Below are positions 1-28,216 of a stretch of 64,000 nt of DNA, piece after piece. Origin of the DNA: Tubiluchus corallicola (lineage: Eukaryota > Animalia > Priapulida); the NCBI GenBank assembly GCA_030141605.1, contig JAQGDQ010000370.1, positions 62,001 to 126,000 on the forward strand, in the 5' to 3' direction. The notes under the pieces were generated by a model, which ran no database searches, had not been told where the DNA came from, and saw only the letters and a program-made list of their open reading frames with translations. Positions within the stretch are counted from its first letter, which is position 1. The number at the start of each line of letters is the position of its first letter. The position numbers were made by a program, and so were the translations under genes.

Positions 1-113
1 ACACCTCTGGTTATCATCTACGAGAAATATGACTGACCGACAAAAAGTTTGCGAAGTCGACAAAATCCGCATAAATTAATCAAAAGAAATCATTGAGAGA
101 ACAAGACAGTCTA

Positions 114-317
<204 letters not shown>

Positions 318-3113
318 TTACTTGAATTTGATTTCTTGCTTAGATCACCAAAAAGATCAGACCTAATGTATCCATTAATTTACATCCATTCACTGATATC
401 TTACAACTTTTGCAGTTTTGGCAATATACAGGTTTGTGTCGTGTTGTGATTATACGCAACAAAGTCGACTATAAGAAAATCAAGTTTGTGAGGGAAGTTT
501 GACACATTTAATGGCACAAGTAATGGCACATTTATATCCTGCCAAAATCAAATGGCTAAACAAAGACTGTTCTGCTCTGAATAAAAGCAATCTGAATACA
601 GATGCACAACCAAACACGTTGACCCTCGTCAATTATTCGTCAGAAATGCACATCAAAGAATCTTGCTAAATATTGCAGCAAACTTTCCCAGAATCAGAGG
701 CGAGTCTGATAAATATCAATTTAGTTTTGTTCTTTTAAAGCGAGCAGATAATGAAGTAGTTAGAGCTACTGTGACAAAATTCAAGTGTAAACTTGACAAA
801 AATCAATGCCGTAGTTGTTCTTTACCCCACCTAGCATGCTAAGAAGTTTAGCACACTAATATACAAACAAAAAGTATTATACACGGCTACTAACATTTTC
901 TTAACTCAGGAACCACATAAGTACAACGAATACACGAAAGTCAAGGTTAAATTTGAAGAAATGCAGAACTCGGTTAGTAATAATTAGAAGGGTGCTCGCC
1001 TAGTAAGATGAAATACCCCTAAAAACAAACTTACAGGAAGTTTTGCAAGGCTATTTTCACTATAGCGCCGGTCCCGAAACTGGTGCTACTTTGTGGCTTC
1101 ATCTTATTAACATCTGTTTGTGAAAATTTTCACACATTCCACTGTAAGCATCCCCTCTATTTACTCAAGCTTTTTCGCGCTTCATTGCCTCCCGCTTTTC
1201 ACTTTTGTCTAAATCTCTGCTTTCAAGACGCACCAAATGAGCGTTGACAAACAGCTGTAAGGAACAGCGCGAGCAATTAAAGCTCTCTCAACCAAACTGT
1301 CTGGCACTGGCAGACTGCACTGGATGCAGTGACTACATGTTTACATTTCTCATATTTCTATTTGGCAGTAATTTGCAAGTCTTACAAAACTAATCACTTT
1401 TCTCAAAATAAATTATTTTGTTTATGTTTATTTTCAATAAAATTATCTTTTGATATCTATGTGCCAGGTTTCAACAGTCTCTCCATTAGTCCAGAGAATG
1501 TTAAAGAACCATAGCAAAGCATTAATTAAATTAATTATAAGAACAGTGAAAAAATAACAATAATAATGATAACAATAATTTGAATAATATATTCAAATAT
1601 ATATTAGGTATAATATATGCAAAGATAAGATATAATAATTCAAATTCATTTCCTTCTAGAGATTTTTCATTTAAATTTGTTATGTGACTTATGCCACACT
1701 TTTTTTACTTTTGTATTTTTATGTGTAGATTTGTGTCAAGCAGAGTTTCGAGAACTTACAGTGAGTTCCTTACAGAAGTTTCAAGTACTTGTAGAGCTTC
1801 AACAGCAATCCGTGCGAGTGTGTAACTGTGCATCACATTTGACAACTAAGTTGTGTTTCATATCGCTTTTGCTTAAATTAGGCAGCTGTGCTTGTGAAAA
1901 ACTAAATTTAATATCTTGAAAAACAATAATCTCGTGACTAACAAAAACAGGCTTTACTAAATTTAATAAACTATCAAATTTATTTATATTATATGAAAAC
2001 ATACTATTGTTTTTTCATCGTTACTGCTCTCTACAAAGGTAAAACGAGGCATGTAACTTGAGACAATTATTTCTAATTTAATCGCTAGCAATGTCTTATA
2101 ATGCTTCCAATAGCTTGGTGGTGAAAATAATTAGTAATTTTTTAGTAATTTAGTAATTAATTAGGTATATAATTGGGAGCACAATGTACCACATACACAA
2201 CTAGTAAAAGTAATAATTAGCAAAATTCAAACACTGCAGATCTTTAATTTTTCTTATGTAATTTATTACCATTTTTGCCAGATCGTAGATAATCCAATGC
2301 AGTAATTATGTACCAAATAACAAAGCCCCTGTTCATAAACTTTTCAGTTAAAGACATACGCATCCATGTTTCAGTATAAATAAACAAACAAACTAGCTAC
2401 AAACAACGAAAACACAATAATGAGAAGGTGCATACAGGAATTTGCTGTATTTAGAATTTCTTGTTACAGTTTAAAAATGATAAATTCCTGGCATAACTAT
2501 TGTTAAATATTACCTTAAAATTAGTAAACTTGAAATTTTGAGCAATTATACATAAAGTGAGTAATTTGATAATTCCTAAACAAAGTAATTACTAATCAGA
2601 CAAATGATAACAATTTTGCTAATTTTAGGTGTATTTTCGATGAAGATACATACAGCTAAAATGCTACTACAGTAATACATGTAGGAAACGAAGTTTTTTC
2701 TCAAGATCTGGACGACGAGTATAATACATTAGTTCCGTCTTGCTAAATTTAAAGCTGCCAAGTAAACCGTTGTCCAAACTAAAATGCACTGAGCTAAATG
2801 TCGCACTGTTTACAAGAAAGACCCAAAATTTGAAATCCTAACATGCCAGCAATTACTGATAAAATTAAATTTTCGACTAATAACACGATACTAAATTTCG
2901 TACTCCTGTGCACAACGGCAACGGAGCGTGCAAGCATGATCAGATACATCGTACAAGAAAATAAGGAGCAACAATAATTTACGAATGAGAATTACTAACA
3001 AACCTACATAAAAGAAACATACACTACAATTATAATAATGTTACAGAGGCACCTGTGTCGGGTCAGGTGTAGGGGGTGGTTGAGAATGTTCTTTATCCCA
3101 CTTCTGACACCAG

Positions 3114-3192
3114 TGGACTGAATTCGACCCAGGGGGTCGAACTGTTGGCATGGCTGTCTTGGAGTTCGACCCCCTGGGTCGAATTCAGTCCA
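3114..3192. repeat. Perfect 30-bp inverted repeat with 19-nt loop
   Basis: TGGACTGAATTCGACCCAGGGGGTCGAACT / exact reverse complement. Confidence 0.92.
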
Positions 3193-3358
3193 ATATTAAA
3201 TACACGCAGAGTCAATTAGAGCACTCCATGTTTACGAAACAAAAAGCTATGAGATACTTCCTAGAACATTTTTGTTTAAACTTCAAATGATTGCAAACTG
3301 AGCTGTTGTCAGTGTTAATGAAAAACATGTACAGTTAAATGCGACACTTTAATTTATA

Positions 3359-3856
3359 TAGGTTTTACATGTCAAATGTAGACCCGCGTTAACTCAAATG
3401 TAGATTTAGGTAATTCAAATGTGTCTTGGTGACTCAAATGTAGACTTAGGTAGTTCAAATGTGTTAACAATGGTTTTCAAGAAATCTTAAGAATTTTTGG
3501 TAAGTCAAATGTAGACACATGTCAAGTCAAATGTGACATTGGTATCTCAAATGTGGATAGGTGGTAAAGTTTAAGGATGTTAAATTTAATCTTCTTTAAT
3601 TTCAATTTAATAATTGCTCTTAAGTTAAATTACAACGTTATAGGCCTACTAATAGCTGCACTATCTTTGGTTTATCTTTTTCTAATTTGCACTTAAATAA
3701 CTTAATTACCGATTTATTCAAAGCATTGCATCTACATTTGACTTACGTAAGTCACATTTGAGTTACCAAAACACATTCGAAATTCCTATGTCTACACTTG
3801 ACTTACCTAAGCCACATTTGAACTTTCCTGTGTCTACATTTGACGTGTAAAACCTA
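3359..3856. mobile_element. Foldback-like MITE with long modular TIRs (TCAAATGTAGAC subrepeats)
   Basis: TAGGTTTTACA(T/C)GTCAAATGTAGAC at both ends in inverted orientation, TA flanks; rearranged partial copy at ~36990-37333. Confidence 0.8.
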
Positions 3857-3997
3857 TACAAACTTTTTGCGAAAAATGTAAAGCCAAAACATGCAGTCAG
3901 TTCTAGATATCTTAAAAAAATAAGAAGTGAAAAATACCTTTGCAAACATCTCACAGCATTAATTGCAAAGACAAGTTCACATTTATGTGACATTTTT

Positions 3998-4387
3998 AGT
4001 GTGGGTGAGAATTCTCTACTAGAAACCAAACTGAATCGAATTTGTGACTTTCGAATTTGAATCGAACCGAATTTCAGTATTTTGAATCCAAATCGAATTC
4101 AAATTGAGTTTGAAAGATTTTCGAACCACTAGTAAAAATGGTCTTACAAATATCCTGCATATTTTTTTATTTGTCCGGCAGTAAAACTGCTATTAGTTTA
4201 TTAAAAATTTTGCACAGAAACTGCAGCTAAATTGTGCTAATTACTTGCTGTTTCAAACATTCTAATGACAAAGAACATATGTGGCTGAAATGCTGAATTA
4301 TTCGAACCTATAAGTTTAGGGTTCGAATCAAATTTGAAATAAAAAAGCTCGTTTAATTTGAACAATCAAAAACGATGCTCACCCCTA
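3998..4387 (-). mobile_element. hAT-like MITE with TTCGAA subterminal repeats
   Basis: Reverse complement of 42888-43230; end TAGGGGTGAGCATCG. Confidence 0.72.
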
Positions 4388-4674
4388 ATTTATAGTAATT
4401 GGTAATAACAACATCGAAATCTGTTAAAACAAGCAATGACCATCACAGAACAAATTCGAATAACTTTCGCTACTATAGGCAGTAAAACAGCACATGTGAA
4501 AGAGACCACGCTGACCACAAATTCAGAAACGAGGGCCAAGCTAGAGTCAAAACTTTAAGTTGGTAAAATTGTCAACGTTTCATCAGCGTGCCGTGCTTCC
4601 TTAGGAAGTTTGTTCGTAACTACAGACTACAGGACTAACAGACTACAAGACTAACAAGGTTTCATCGCAGGTTA

Positions 4675-20132
<15,458 letters not shown>

Positions 20133-21795
20133 TTTTCCAATGTCAAAAGCGAGCTAAGCGACATCTAACCAATGTTAGTCGAGTTAGAAATATGGCCTTG
20201 ACAACAAAAGGTGCATTATCGCATATATTAATTCTCTTGAAAAATTAGAGGAAAAGGGTCAAGAACGCAAAAAACGAAATGTCCCAACCAATGTAAATTA
20301 AGGGAAACTCCCAAAAATTGACATTGAAAGACGACTATGACAGCCATTCCAGGGCAGTTGGATCTAAGTAATACATTTTTGTAACTTGTATTTCAAAAGT
20401 GGCTGCCACACAAAACATATGCTGATCAGGCAGTTATATTAACAGTTTCACTTAATAATTTATTACGAAAACGAAAGGCAAAGTACTTTTATTAATTTTC
20501 CTTCGTAAAAATCTGCTGTTAGACACCAGAAAGGAAGCAAGTGGCTTAAATAGTCCTATAAGCAAAAAACAGAATAGCCGCGGCATATCGTAGTCTTTAG
20601 CAGAATGATGAAAACTTGTTCATTTCGCCTGAAAATTATAAAAGTTTGCGCAGTGCTAGAACCCTCAAAATGATTAACTTTGGATGTCAGGTTACCTAAT
20701 CTATGAGGGTAATCAACAATCATCCAAAATGGCCGCTATTTTCAAGATGGCCGACAATATGGCTGTTGCCAGTTTTTTTAAAAGCTGTACCTTAATTGTT
20801 AGAACAGATTACATGACGATTTTAGCGTCTAATTATATGTTCTCAAGGACAAGGAATCCGCATGCGATGTTTAAAAATACATACGAGAGCACCTAATTTA
20901 GGATTTCAAGATGGCTGCCAAAATGGTTATGTGGTTATGTGGCCAATTTTGAATTAAAGTAACAAAAATGGATTACTTAGGTCTAATTACCCTGAAGTAG
21001 ATATCATAGTCGTTTTTAATATAAATTTTCTTTAAATTTCTTTTGACATAATCATGTAATTCGTGCAAAAACTTGGCGGCCGTATTGTTTTTTTGCGTTT
21101 TGAGCCTTTCCACTATGCTACGAGCTGGCAACACTTTTTCCGGATTCAGCGTAGTAAAATAGATAAAACTGGCTATGTCGACAGAAAGATACCTTTAAAA
21201 AATAATAGCGCCCCTGGAACTTTATAAAGGCACCTTTTCAGGATTTTCTTCTAGTTTAATGTGCTGCAGCTGATGGGTCGTCTACATTTAGTTTCAAATT
21301 ACACTGTGTCTGTATCTATATTATGTAGCTCTAACTTTTGCTATGCAGAAGAAATTCTGTTCTTTATCAGTTTGAGTGTGAGTTGTTGACTGTTCACCAG
21401 ATATCAATAAGTTGACAGCTTTAATTGACATGTTAATTAATTTACTTCTAGTATAAGTAAATTATACTTAAAGTTTATTTATAATTATAATTTATACTTA
21501 CTTAAATAGCCTGCTTAAATTTATTTAAAATTTTGTGTTCTTACAAAATCATATTTTATGCTACAACTACAAAGAAATAATAAAAAACACAAAACTTAAC
21601 TAGTTAAAATAATCACGAACGAAATTAAATTACACAAGTGTCATTCAGGAAATCAAACGAAAATGTAAATAAATTCGTAGTAAATTGAATATAGCCGCGT
21701 GGTTATGCGATCAATTCTTCACCAAATCCGCTTTGCGAAAATGAAAAGTGCATGTTCACGCTTATCTGAATAGCGAAAATTAGTGTATTGATAAA
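20133..21795. promoter_or_regulatory. Divergent SDHB/PSMD3 promoter region
   Basis: Start codons face outward 1.66 kb apart; CCAAT motifs at 20169 and 20289; clustered AANATGGC motifs 20725-20920. Confidence 0.6.
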
Positions 21796-22881
21796 ATGGC
21801 AAAAGACACGGGTACAGACGTTGAGATGAAGGATGAGAGTGGAGCAAACAAACAAACACCAAATGATACAGAGGGTAAAATGTTAAGTCATTATACATGA
21901 CAATTTATAACACCTGCAAAAATTGTGAATGTAACGTAATGTCATGATTTAATGATATGCTTCAGAGAATATATCTAATGTATAACTAATACTATAGTAA
22001 ATATTCGTATTAGTACATGTTTTATCACAATTTGTTTAGGAAAAACGCCAAATCGCTTTGGAGAACATAAGTAAATTTAGAAATACAATGAGAGTGGCAC
22101 GCTCAGGGTTAGCGTCTCTAAACTATTCAACGGTGGAGATTAACTCAATGATAAGATATCAAGTGGCCTACTCATAAGTGATTAAGTGTAGATCACTATA
22201 GCAGGCAGTAGGCAACATGACACGTACCCCAGTTTGTTGCAATACGACAGACTTGCACGAGCCAGGCAATATAATATGATTTATTAGCACCTAAATAATG
22301 TTGAGCATTAACGTTATTATACTAAAGTAGTTCTGTAGCATATTTCTTTTCAGCGATCTTGAAAAGTGGGCAAAATAACTTCAGTAGTCTTTAAAACTTT
22401 TTAAGGAATTTTGTATAATTATGTAGACAAACCAGTAAAAAGCTGATTCTAATTGCCAGTCTTTAAATTTTTTATGAAACGAGCTGAACTCCATACTAAA
22501 CCTCAAATTGCTGAATGCATGATTCATGGTCGTTTGCTCGTCTCAGCCTTGCGGGACGCACAACGTACATAAAAATTGTTCATAAGATTTACGTGCAAGC
22601 GTTACTGTACACAAAGGTACATAAATGTTATAGTATGCACTGTACACTGATTTTTCTCCTCTCTGTTTCTCTCTTTCTCGCTCTCTTTATTTTTCCGTCT
22701 CTCTCTCTTTTTCTTTTTCTCTCTCACTTTATCTCTCTCTCTCTCTCTCTCTATCTCTCTCAATCTTTTTTCTCCCTCTCTCTCTCTGTCTTTCTTTCTC
22801 TCTCCTCTCTTGCCCCTCTCTGTCTCTCTCTCTCTCTGTCTTTCTTTCCCTCTCCTCTCTAGCCCCCCTCTCTCTCTCTCT

Positions 22882-22912
<31 letters not shown>

Positions 22913-23041
22913 TTCTTTCCCTCTCCTCTCTCGCCCCCTCTCTCTCTTTCTTTCCCCTCCTCTCTCGCCCCCTCTCTCTCTTTCTCTCCTCTCTCTTTCT
23001 CTCTCTCTCTCTCTTTCTTTCCCTCTCCTCTCTCACCCCCC

Positions 23042-23093
<52 letters not shown>

Positions 23094-26000
23094 TCTCCTC
23101 TCTCGCCCCCTCTCTCTCTCTCTCTCTTTCTTTCCCTCTCCTCTCTCGCCCCCCCCTCTCTCTCTTTCTTTCATAGTACCTTCGTGCTCCATTAGCTTGC
23201 AGTCTGCAGCGAAATCATTTTTTACTAGTTTTATCTATTTCTGATTGTCCATTGTGGGCTGACTTCTCATCCAAGTTCACTTCTGGTTGTAAAAAGTATG
23301 AAAGTGTAATTTTATAACATTCTGCGGAATTCAGTGATTTGTACGGGAAAAAAATGTACTGGTAAAAACATGTACTTATGTGAACTGGTCTGAAACGTTT
23401 GATTAACTATATGGGACCAGTCCTATGGAATAGACTAAGACACAATTCAAAATGTAGTCACTCCCTTTCAACTTTTAAAAAAACCGCCAGAAAAGAAATA
23501 TTTCAAAAGCATTAAGAGTAACGCAGTTTGATAATGGTAATCACCTGCATTTTTCCACAGCAATCTTAATAAAACGTGACTATGCTCAACAGGTTACTGA
23601 ACACTTTATAATCATGATCACAGTTTTTCTTAGTTCTCGCTTCATTTTATCTTTCATTCACTACTCCCCCCCCTCCCCCACACTCATGTATATATTATCA
23701 TTATTTCAATTATTAATCACTTCTTTAAGATTTCCACGTACAGTTTGGACTGTCAAGCTATGCTTTTAGGCTCAAACTGTATGCATCAAAATTATTCTGT
23801 AATGTAATTTGCACATGTATATGCTGCATAAGAATCTCTTTTTTAATTTCTGGATTATATTGCATTTATATTTATATTTACTTCAGTGAAACTATCTGTA
23901 TTTTTATTATAACTGTAAGATGCAGAGTAGAAATAAATAATAAATAAAGTTATAACTTATAAACTATATCATGCTGTGCTGGTATATACGGGTACATCCA
24001 CCCTACCCTAGCATATTGTACAAACGTGTACTTGTATTAGCTGGTCTGACTACTGTACTGGGCTGTACTCATATACAAGTATATCGACCCAACCTTAGTA
24101 AACAGCTGCACTATTCCACACCTGCAGATCTCAGTGCGGGAAAATAGTATTCTCCAAATACAACTGACTTAATGTTTATTGTCTACTATTAAGCGTATCA
24201 GCATTGCCGATTAACTGACACACTTTTAAGTAAGTATCAGTGAGTAATCAAAATTTCTATCAGTATCCATCCTCACAGTAGTTGCAAAACAGTGGTGTTA
24301 ACTTAATCAAGTTATTTTAATTTTACATACTATTAACAAATAATAGTCTTTCTATCTTTTATGTCATCCCATATATGAGCTTCATTCAGTACATCATTCC
24401 ATTTTAAGCACTAATGTTTTTTTATCACGATTCACTTTAAAATCTCAGATTATCTCCATTATTATTTTTTTCTGTCACTGTGTGGGACAATCTAACAAGC
24501 CCTGCTTTTTGATTGCCCGCAACACATTTACCTTCGTGTATAAGTGAACAGTGTTTGAGGCTTTTCTGCGCAGTATTTCTTATTTGTATTACATCCATTG
24601 TAGGCCCTTTCACTAGATATTGTATATGTAATCATTGTAAATGTGTAAGGTGAAATAAATGACTTATGACATTGAAATTTTCTGATAGTAACATCTCTCT
24701 GCTGTTGGCAGCCAATTCACTTTATAGTTTTAATTATCATAACATTTTATTTAGATGCAGAACCGAAAGTGAAAAAAGATCCGGATCTGTTAACAATAGA
24801 GGACGTGAGAGATCACTCCAAGTTCATCGAAAAAGCAGTACAAACCAAAGAGCCTCGTTATATCTTGCGAGTCCTTCGGAGTCTGGTTTCAACACGTCGT
24901 AGGCTGAATAACAATGTCTTGCGCCGTCTGATTGGTGGGTTCTTTCCCAGCAACGCCGAAATGAAGTCGACGCTGCTCGGGTTCCTGGAGGAACCAATGG
25001 ATTCTGGGGACAATCCGATTCTTCCTCTTCGTCCGAAGAGCGCCAGATCTCAGCCTCTTTTGCCCGAGCTTGAGGCCTATCTTCATCTGTTGGTCCTATT
25101 GCATTTACTCGATGGAGGCAAGTATGAACGTGCTGCGGCGTGTTCCGACCTGCTGATGGAAAAGATCGTTCCGCAGAATCGTCGCACGCTGGACGCGTTA
25201 GCCGCTAAGTGCTACTTCTACCACGCCAGGGCGTACGAACTCACGAATCAGTTAGATAAGATTCGCAGCTTCCTGCACGCTCGATTGCGCACCGCGACTC
25301 TGCGCCACGACGACGAGGGTACCACGGTCCTCCTGAATCTCCTGCTTCGAAATTACCTACATTACAACCTGTACGATCAAGCCGACAAGTTGGTGTCAAA
25401 ATCCACCTTTCCGGAGACTGCCAACAACAACGAATGGGCTAGGTATCTTTACTACATCGGGCGCATCAAGGCTATTCAGCTCGAATATTCCGAAGCCCAC
25501 AAGAACCTTCTACAAGCGACGCGTAAAGCGCCGACGACAAACGCGGCGGCCGGGTTCAAGCAGACGGTGCACAAATTAGCAATTACAGTCGAGTTACTAC
25601 TAGGAGATATCCCGGACAGGTCGTTGTTTAGACAACCGATGCTGCGTAAAGCATTAATTCCTTATTTTCAGCTAACGCAAGCCGTACGCGGCGGTAATTT
25701 GGGACGTTTCAATGAAGTCTTAGAAAATTTTGGTGCCAGATTTGAGGCAGACAACACCTATACCCTGATCATACGCCTGCGTCATAACGTTATAAAAACC
25801 GGTGTGCGCATGATTAACGTCTCCTACTCGCGCATTTCATTAGTGGACATTGCCCAGAAGTTGCAACTGGACAGTCCGGAAGACGGCGAATACATAATAG
25901 CCAAGGCCATCAGGGACAGTGTTATTGAAGCAACAATCAACCACGCTAAGGGGTACATGCAGTCCAAGGACAATATTGACATCTACAGCACTCGCGAACC

Positions 26001-26190
26001 GCAGGCGGCGTTTCATCAGCGCATAAACTTTTGCCTGGACATTCACAACCAGTCGGTGAAGGCCATGCGGTATCCTCCAAAGTCCTACAACAAGGATCTT
26101 GAAACCGCAGAAGAGAGACGCGAACGGGAGCAGCAAGACTTGGAGATGGCTAAAGAGCTTGCAGAAGAGGAGGATGATGATGCCTTTTAA
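21796..26190 (+). CDS. PSMD3: 26S proteasome non-ATPase regulatory subunit 3 (Rpn3), 2 coding exons: join(21796..21874,24755..26190), ~504 aa
   Basis: The 473-aa ORF has PCI-subunit Rpn3 sequence ([57 protein letters not shown]). Upstream exon [15 protein letters not shown]|G (phase 1) joins in frame at acceptor 24754, or at the in-frame alternative 24760. Confidence 0.95.
22650..23172. repeat. CT-rich polypyrimidine microsatellite in the PSMD3 intron
   Basis: Read directly. Confidence 0.96.
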
Positions 26191-26239
26191 ACGGATGTAT
26201 ACATCTCCTAGCAAATTAATATGAAACTAATTATTATTA

Positions 26240-27279
26240 CAGTAGGCGCCAGTTAATAGAATCACTTTGGTGTACTACATTTAAACTCCAGAACATCAAA
26301 TATGTTTAATATGCAGCAATTGTCGTTTTATCTGTAATAATAAATTACAGCAATAAGTTTTCAATGAAAAACATAAGTTTGATAAAGGTAAATTACTAAA
26401 TTAGGCAACGTGCATTTTGTCAATAATTATACAAAAAAATAACAGCGAAATTGTTCTAATAGCATAAAGCAGTTGAATAGACATAATTAGACACTTACAT
26501 GTGGTCTCCCTGAGTTTTGGCACTTATAACTTGCAAAAAAACAATAGAAATCAACTACAACATTCACATCGTATCAATTGAATTGTCAGGTAATGTCTAC
26601 CTGGCTAACTACCTGGTCACATGACTGATGACAGTTAAAGGGGCAAGACCAAATTTAACAGGTAGGGAAACGTGTATGTGCATAACATTTGGGACCGAAG
26701 TGTTTTGATCCAATTAACTGTATGAACCTATTAACGCATGGGTGCAGTGTTACTGGTATAGAAGTACGAGTCATCAGCTTACTAAGCACTGCAAAGGTTT
26801 TTAATGAATTTTAGGAACCAAGTAATGCCTAAATTCCGTTGTGCAGTTAAAAAATAGAAAAAATATTTTAAAATATTAATTTATATAAGTGAATTAGCAA
26901 TAAATTAAAAAGTGTGCTTTTCTGAATCACACAAGTCTGTTTATTTGCAAAAATTACGAAAATTCCTTCAAAGTTGGCTGCTTCATTTTCTCACGAAGAA
27001 TTTGGCTCACAAAGTTCTCGTAATTATAAAAACGTTGAAAATCTGTTGCTGTGTGATGCACATATTCACGTAAAATGTTTAGCGCTTGGCGTGCTTCAGG
27101 CTCTTTGGAGTACATACAAATGTCTTATTTTAAGTAGGTGAAGGAAAAATATTGAGTCAATTATTCGGAGTTATTTGAGTCGATTACCGACAGTTTTTAT
27201 GTACGTTTGAACAGAAGCGGCCCGTACCATGCGTTTTTGAGTCAAGTAAGCGATTGAGTCTATTAAGCGGCGCCTACTG
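26240..27279. mobile_element. Tc1/mariner(pogo)-type non-autonomous element (~1040 bp) just downstream of the PSMD3 stop
   Basis: TIR CAGTAGGCGCC(AG/GC)TTAATAGA(A/C)TCA at both ends, flanked by TA. Confidence 0.8.
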
Positions 27280-27778
27280 TATTATACTTAATTTTTTACT
27301 ATTTAATTTCAATTTTACCCAGCTTACTTGCTGAGTACGTAATTATTAGGTTAGTTTTATAGCTAACCAAAGCTGTGCATGGGTAATTGTTACTTGCAGT
27401 GACAATAAATATAACATTTTGCTCGTGTTTTTACGTTAATTCTGCTTTTGTAAATTTCGGAATCGTTATTTTGTGGTTAATACTTTTTTCTAAGAATTGA
27501 GTCAGAAATGTACGAATTTACTGATAGTAATTCTAGTTTAAAGTGACATCTGGAAATTCCTTAAAGTTGGTCAGTCTGCTGTCCTAAAATTACGATAGTG
27601 ATAATAATGTGGCGACCGCATTGAAGCCGTGTCATCAAGGAGTAGAAATTGTTTTCGAACATCGTAAAATTTCGCTGTTTCGTGTTTCACTTTTAAAATT
27701 ACATCATTTAGGGTCTCTAGTATCTAAACTAATATTTAAATATAAGAAACAGCAGTTGTTATAGCTGATAAAATGAAT

Positions 27779-28216
27779 TTTCTTCTTCTTCCCAGCTTTT
27801 CCCTTCGGGGTCGCCGTTGTGAATGAGTCTTCTCCACGCATTCCTGTTGTTGACCATCTCTTCATTTATGTCTTCAATTCCCACATGATCTTCACCGACT
27901 CTTCTTTTCAGGTGTCCATACCATCGCAATCTTGCGACTGTTCCTCTGGTATTATTATTTCTAATTTTATCTCCACCACACCCATTTTCTTCTCTTCGGT
28001 CTTCTTTAGAGAAGCTGCTTCCAGCCCATAGATTAGAGCGGGTCTGACCAGTTCTTTGTGGACTTTCCCTTTAAGTCTCACCGACTCATTCATAAGGTTT
28101 TGGCGCAGTTTTTACAGGCGGATGCCCTTCCTGACCCTAACCCTCCCTATTTATCCGGGCTTGGGACCGGCACTGAGTTGGGCTGGCTTGCCCCCCCCCC
28201 CCAAGTGGCTAGGTTT
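27779..28216 (-). mobile_element. Internally deleted / bipartite non-autonomous RTE element with 5' twister ribozyme
   Basis: 15-bp TSD GCTGATAAAATGAAT (27764-27778, 28217-28231). RTE 5' region is fused to an RT C-terminal remnant (RLKGKVHKELVRPALIYGLE) and the 3' end GGCGACCCCGAAGGGAAAAGC(GAA)n. Confidence 0.88.
28134..28215 (-). ncRNA. Twister ribozyme (type P1), 3' cleavage product lacking the 5' strand of P1
   Basis: AA-CCUA-GC-[P3]-G-CCGG-UCCC-AAGC-CCGG-AUAAA-UAGG-GAGGG. The core is identical to the rice Osa-1-4 twister core GCCGGUCCCAAGCCCGGAUAAA as recalled. P2 CCUA/UAGG, T1 CCC/GGG and T2 GC/GC are all intact. Confidence 0.85.

Noticed and set aside
1400-2950. Very decayed L1/Tx1-like RT remnants
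   Set aside because: Motifs too degraded to give reliable strand or boundaries.
4565-4612. Penelope-type hammerhead-like motif on the minus strand (CCTAAGGAAGC..GCTGATGAAACGTTG) in the SDHB 3' UTR
   Set aside because: Core CUGANGA is broken (CUAAGGA), and no convincing stems I/III were found.
26595-26680. CTGATGA...GAAA hammerhead/snoRNA-like motif
   Set aside because: Stem II does not pair properly; it lies inside a DNA transposon.
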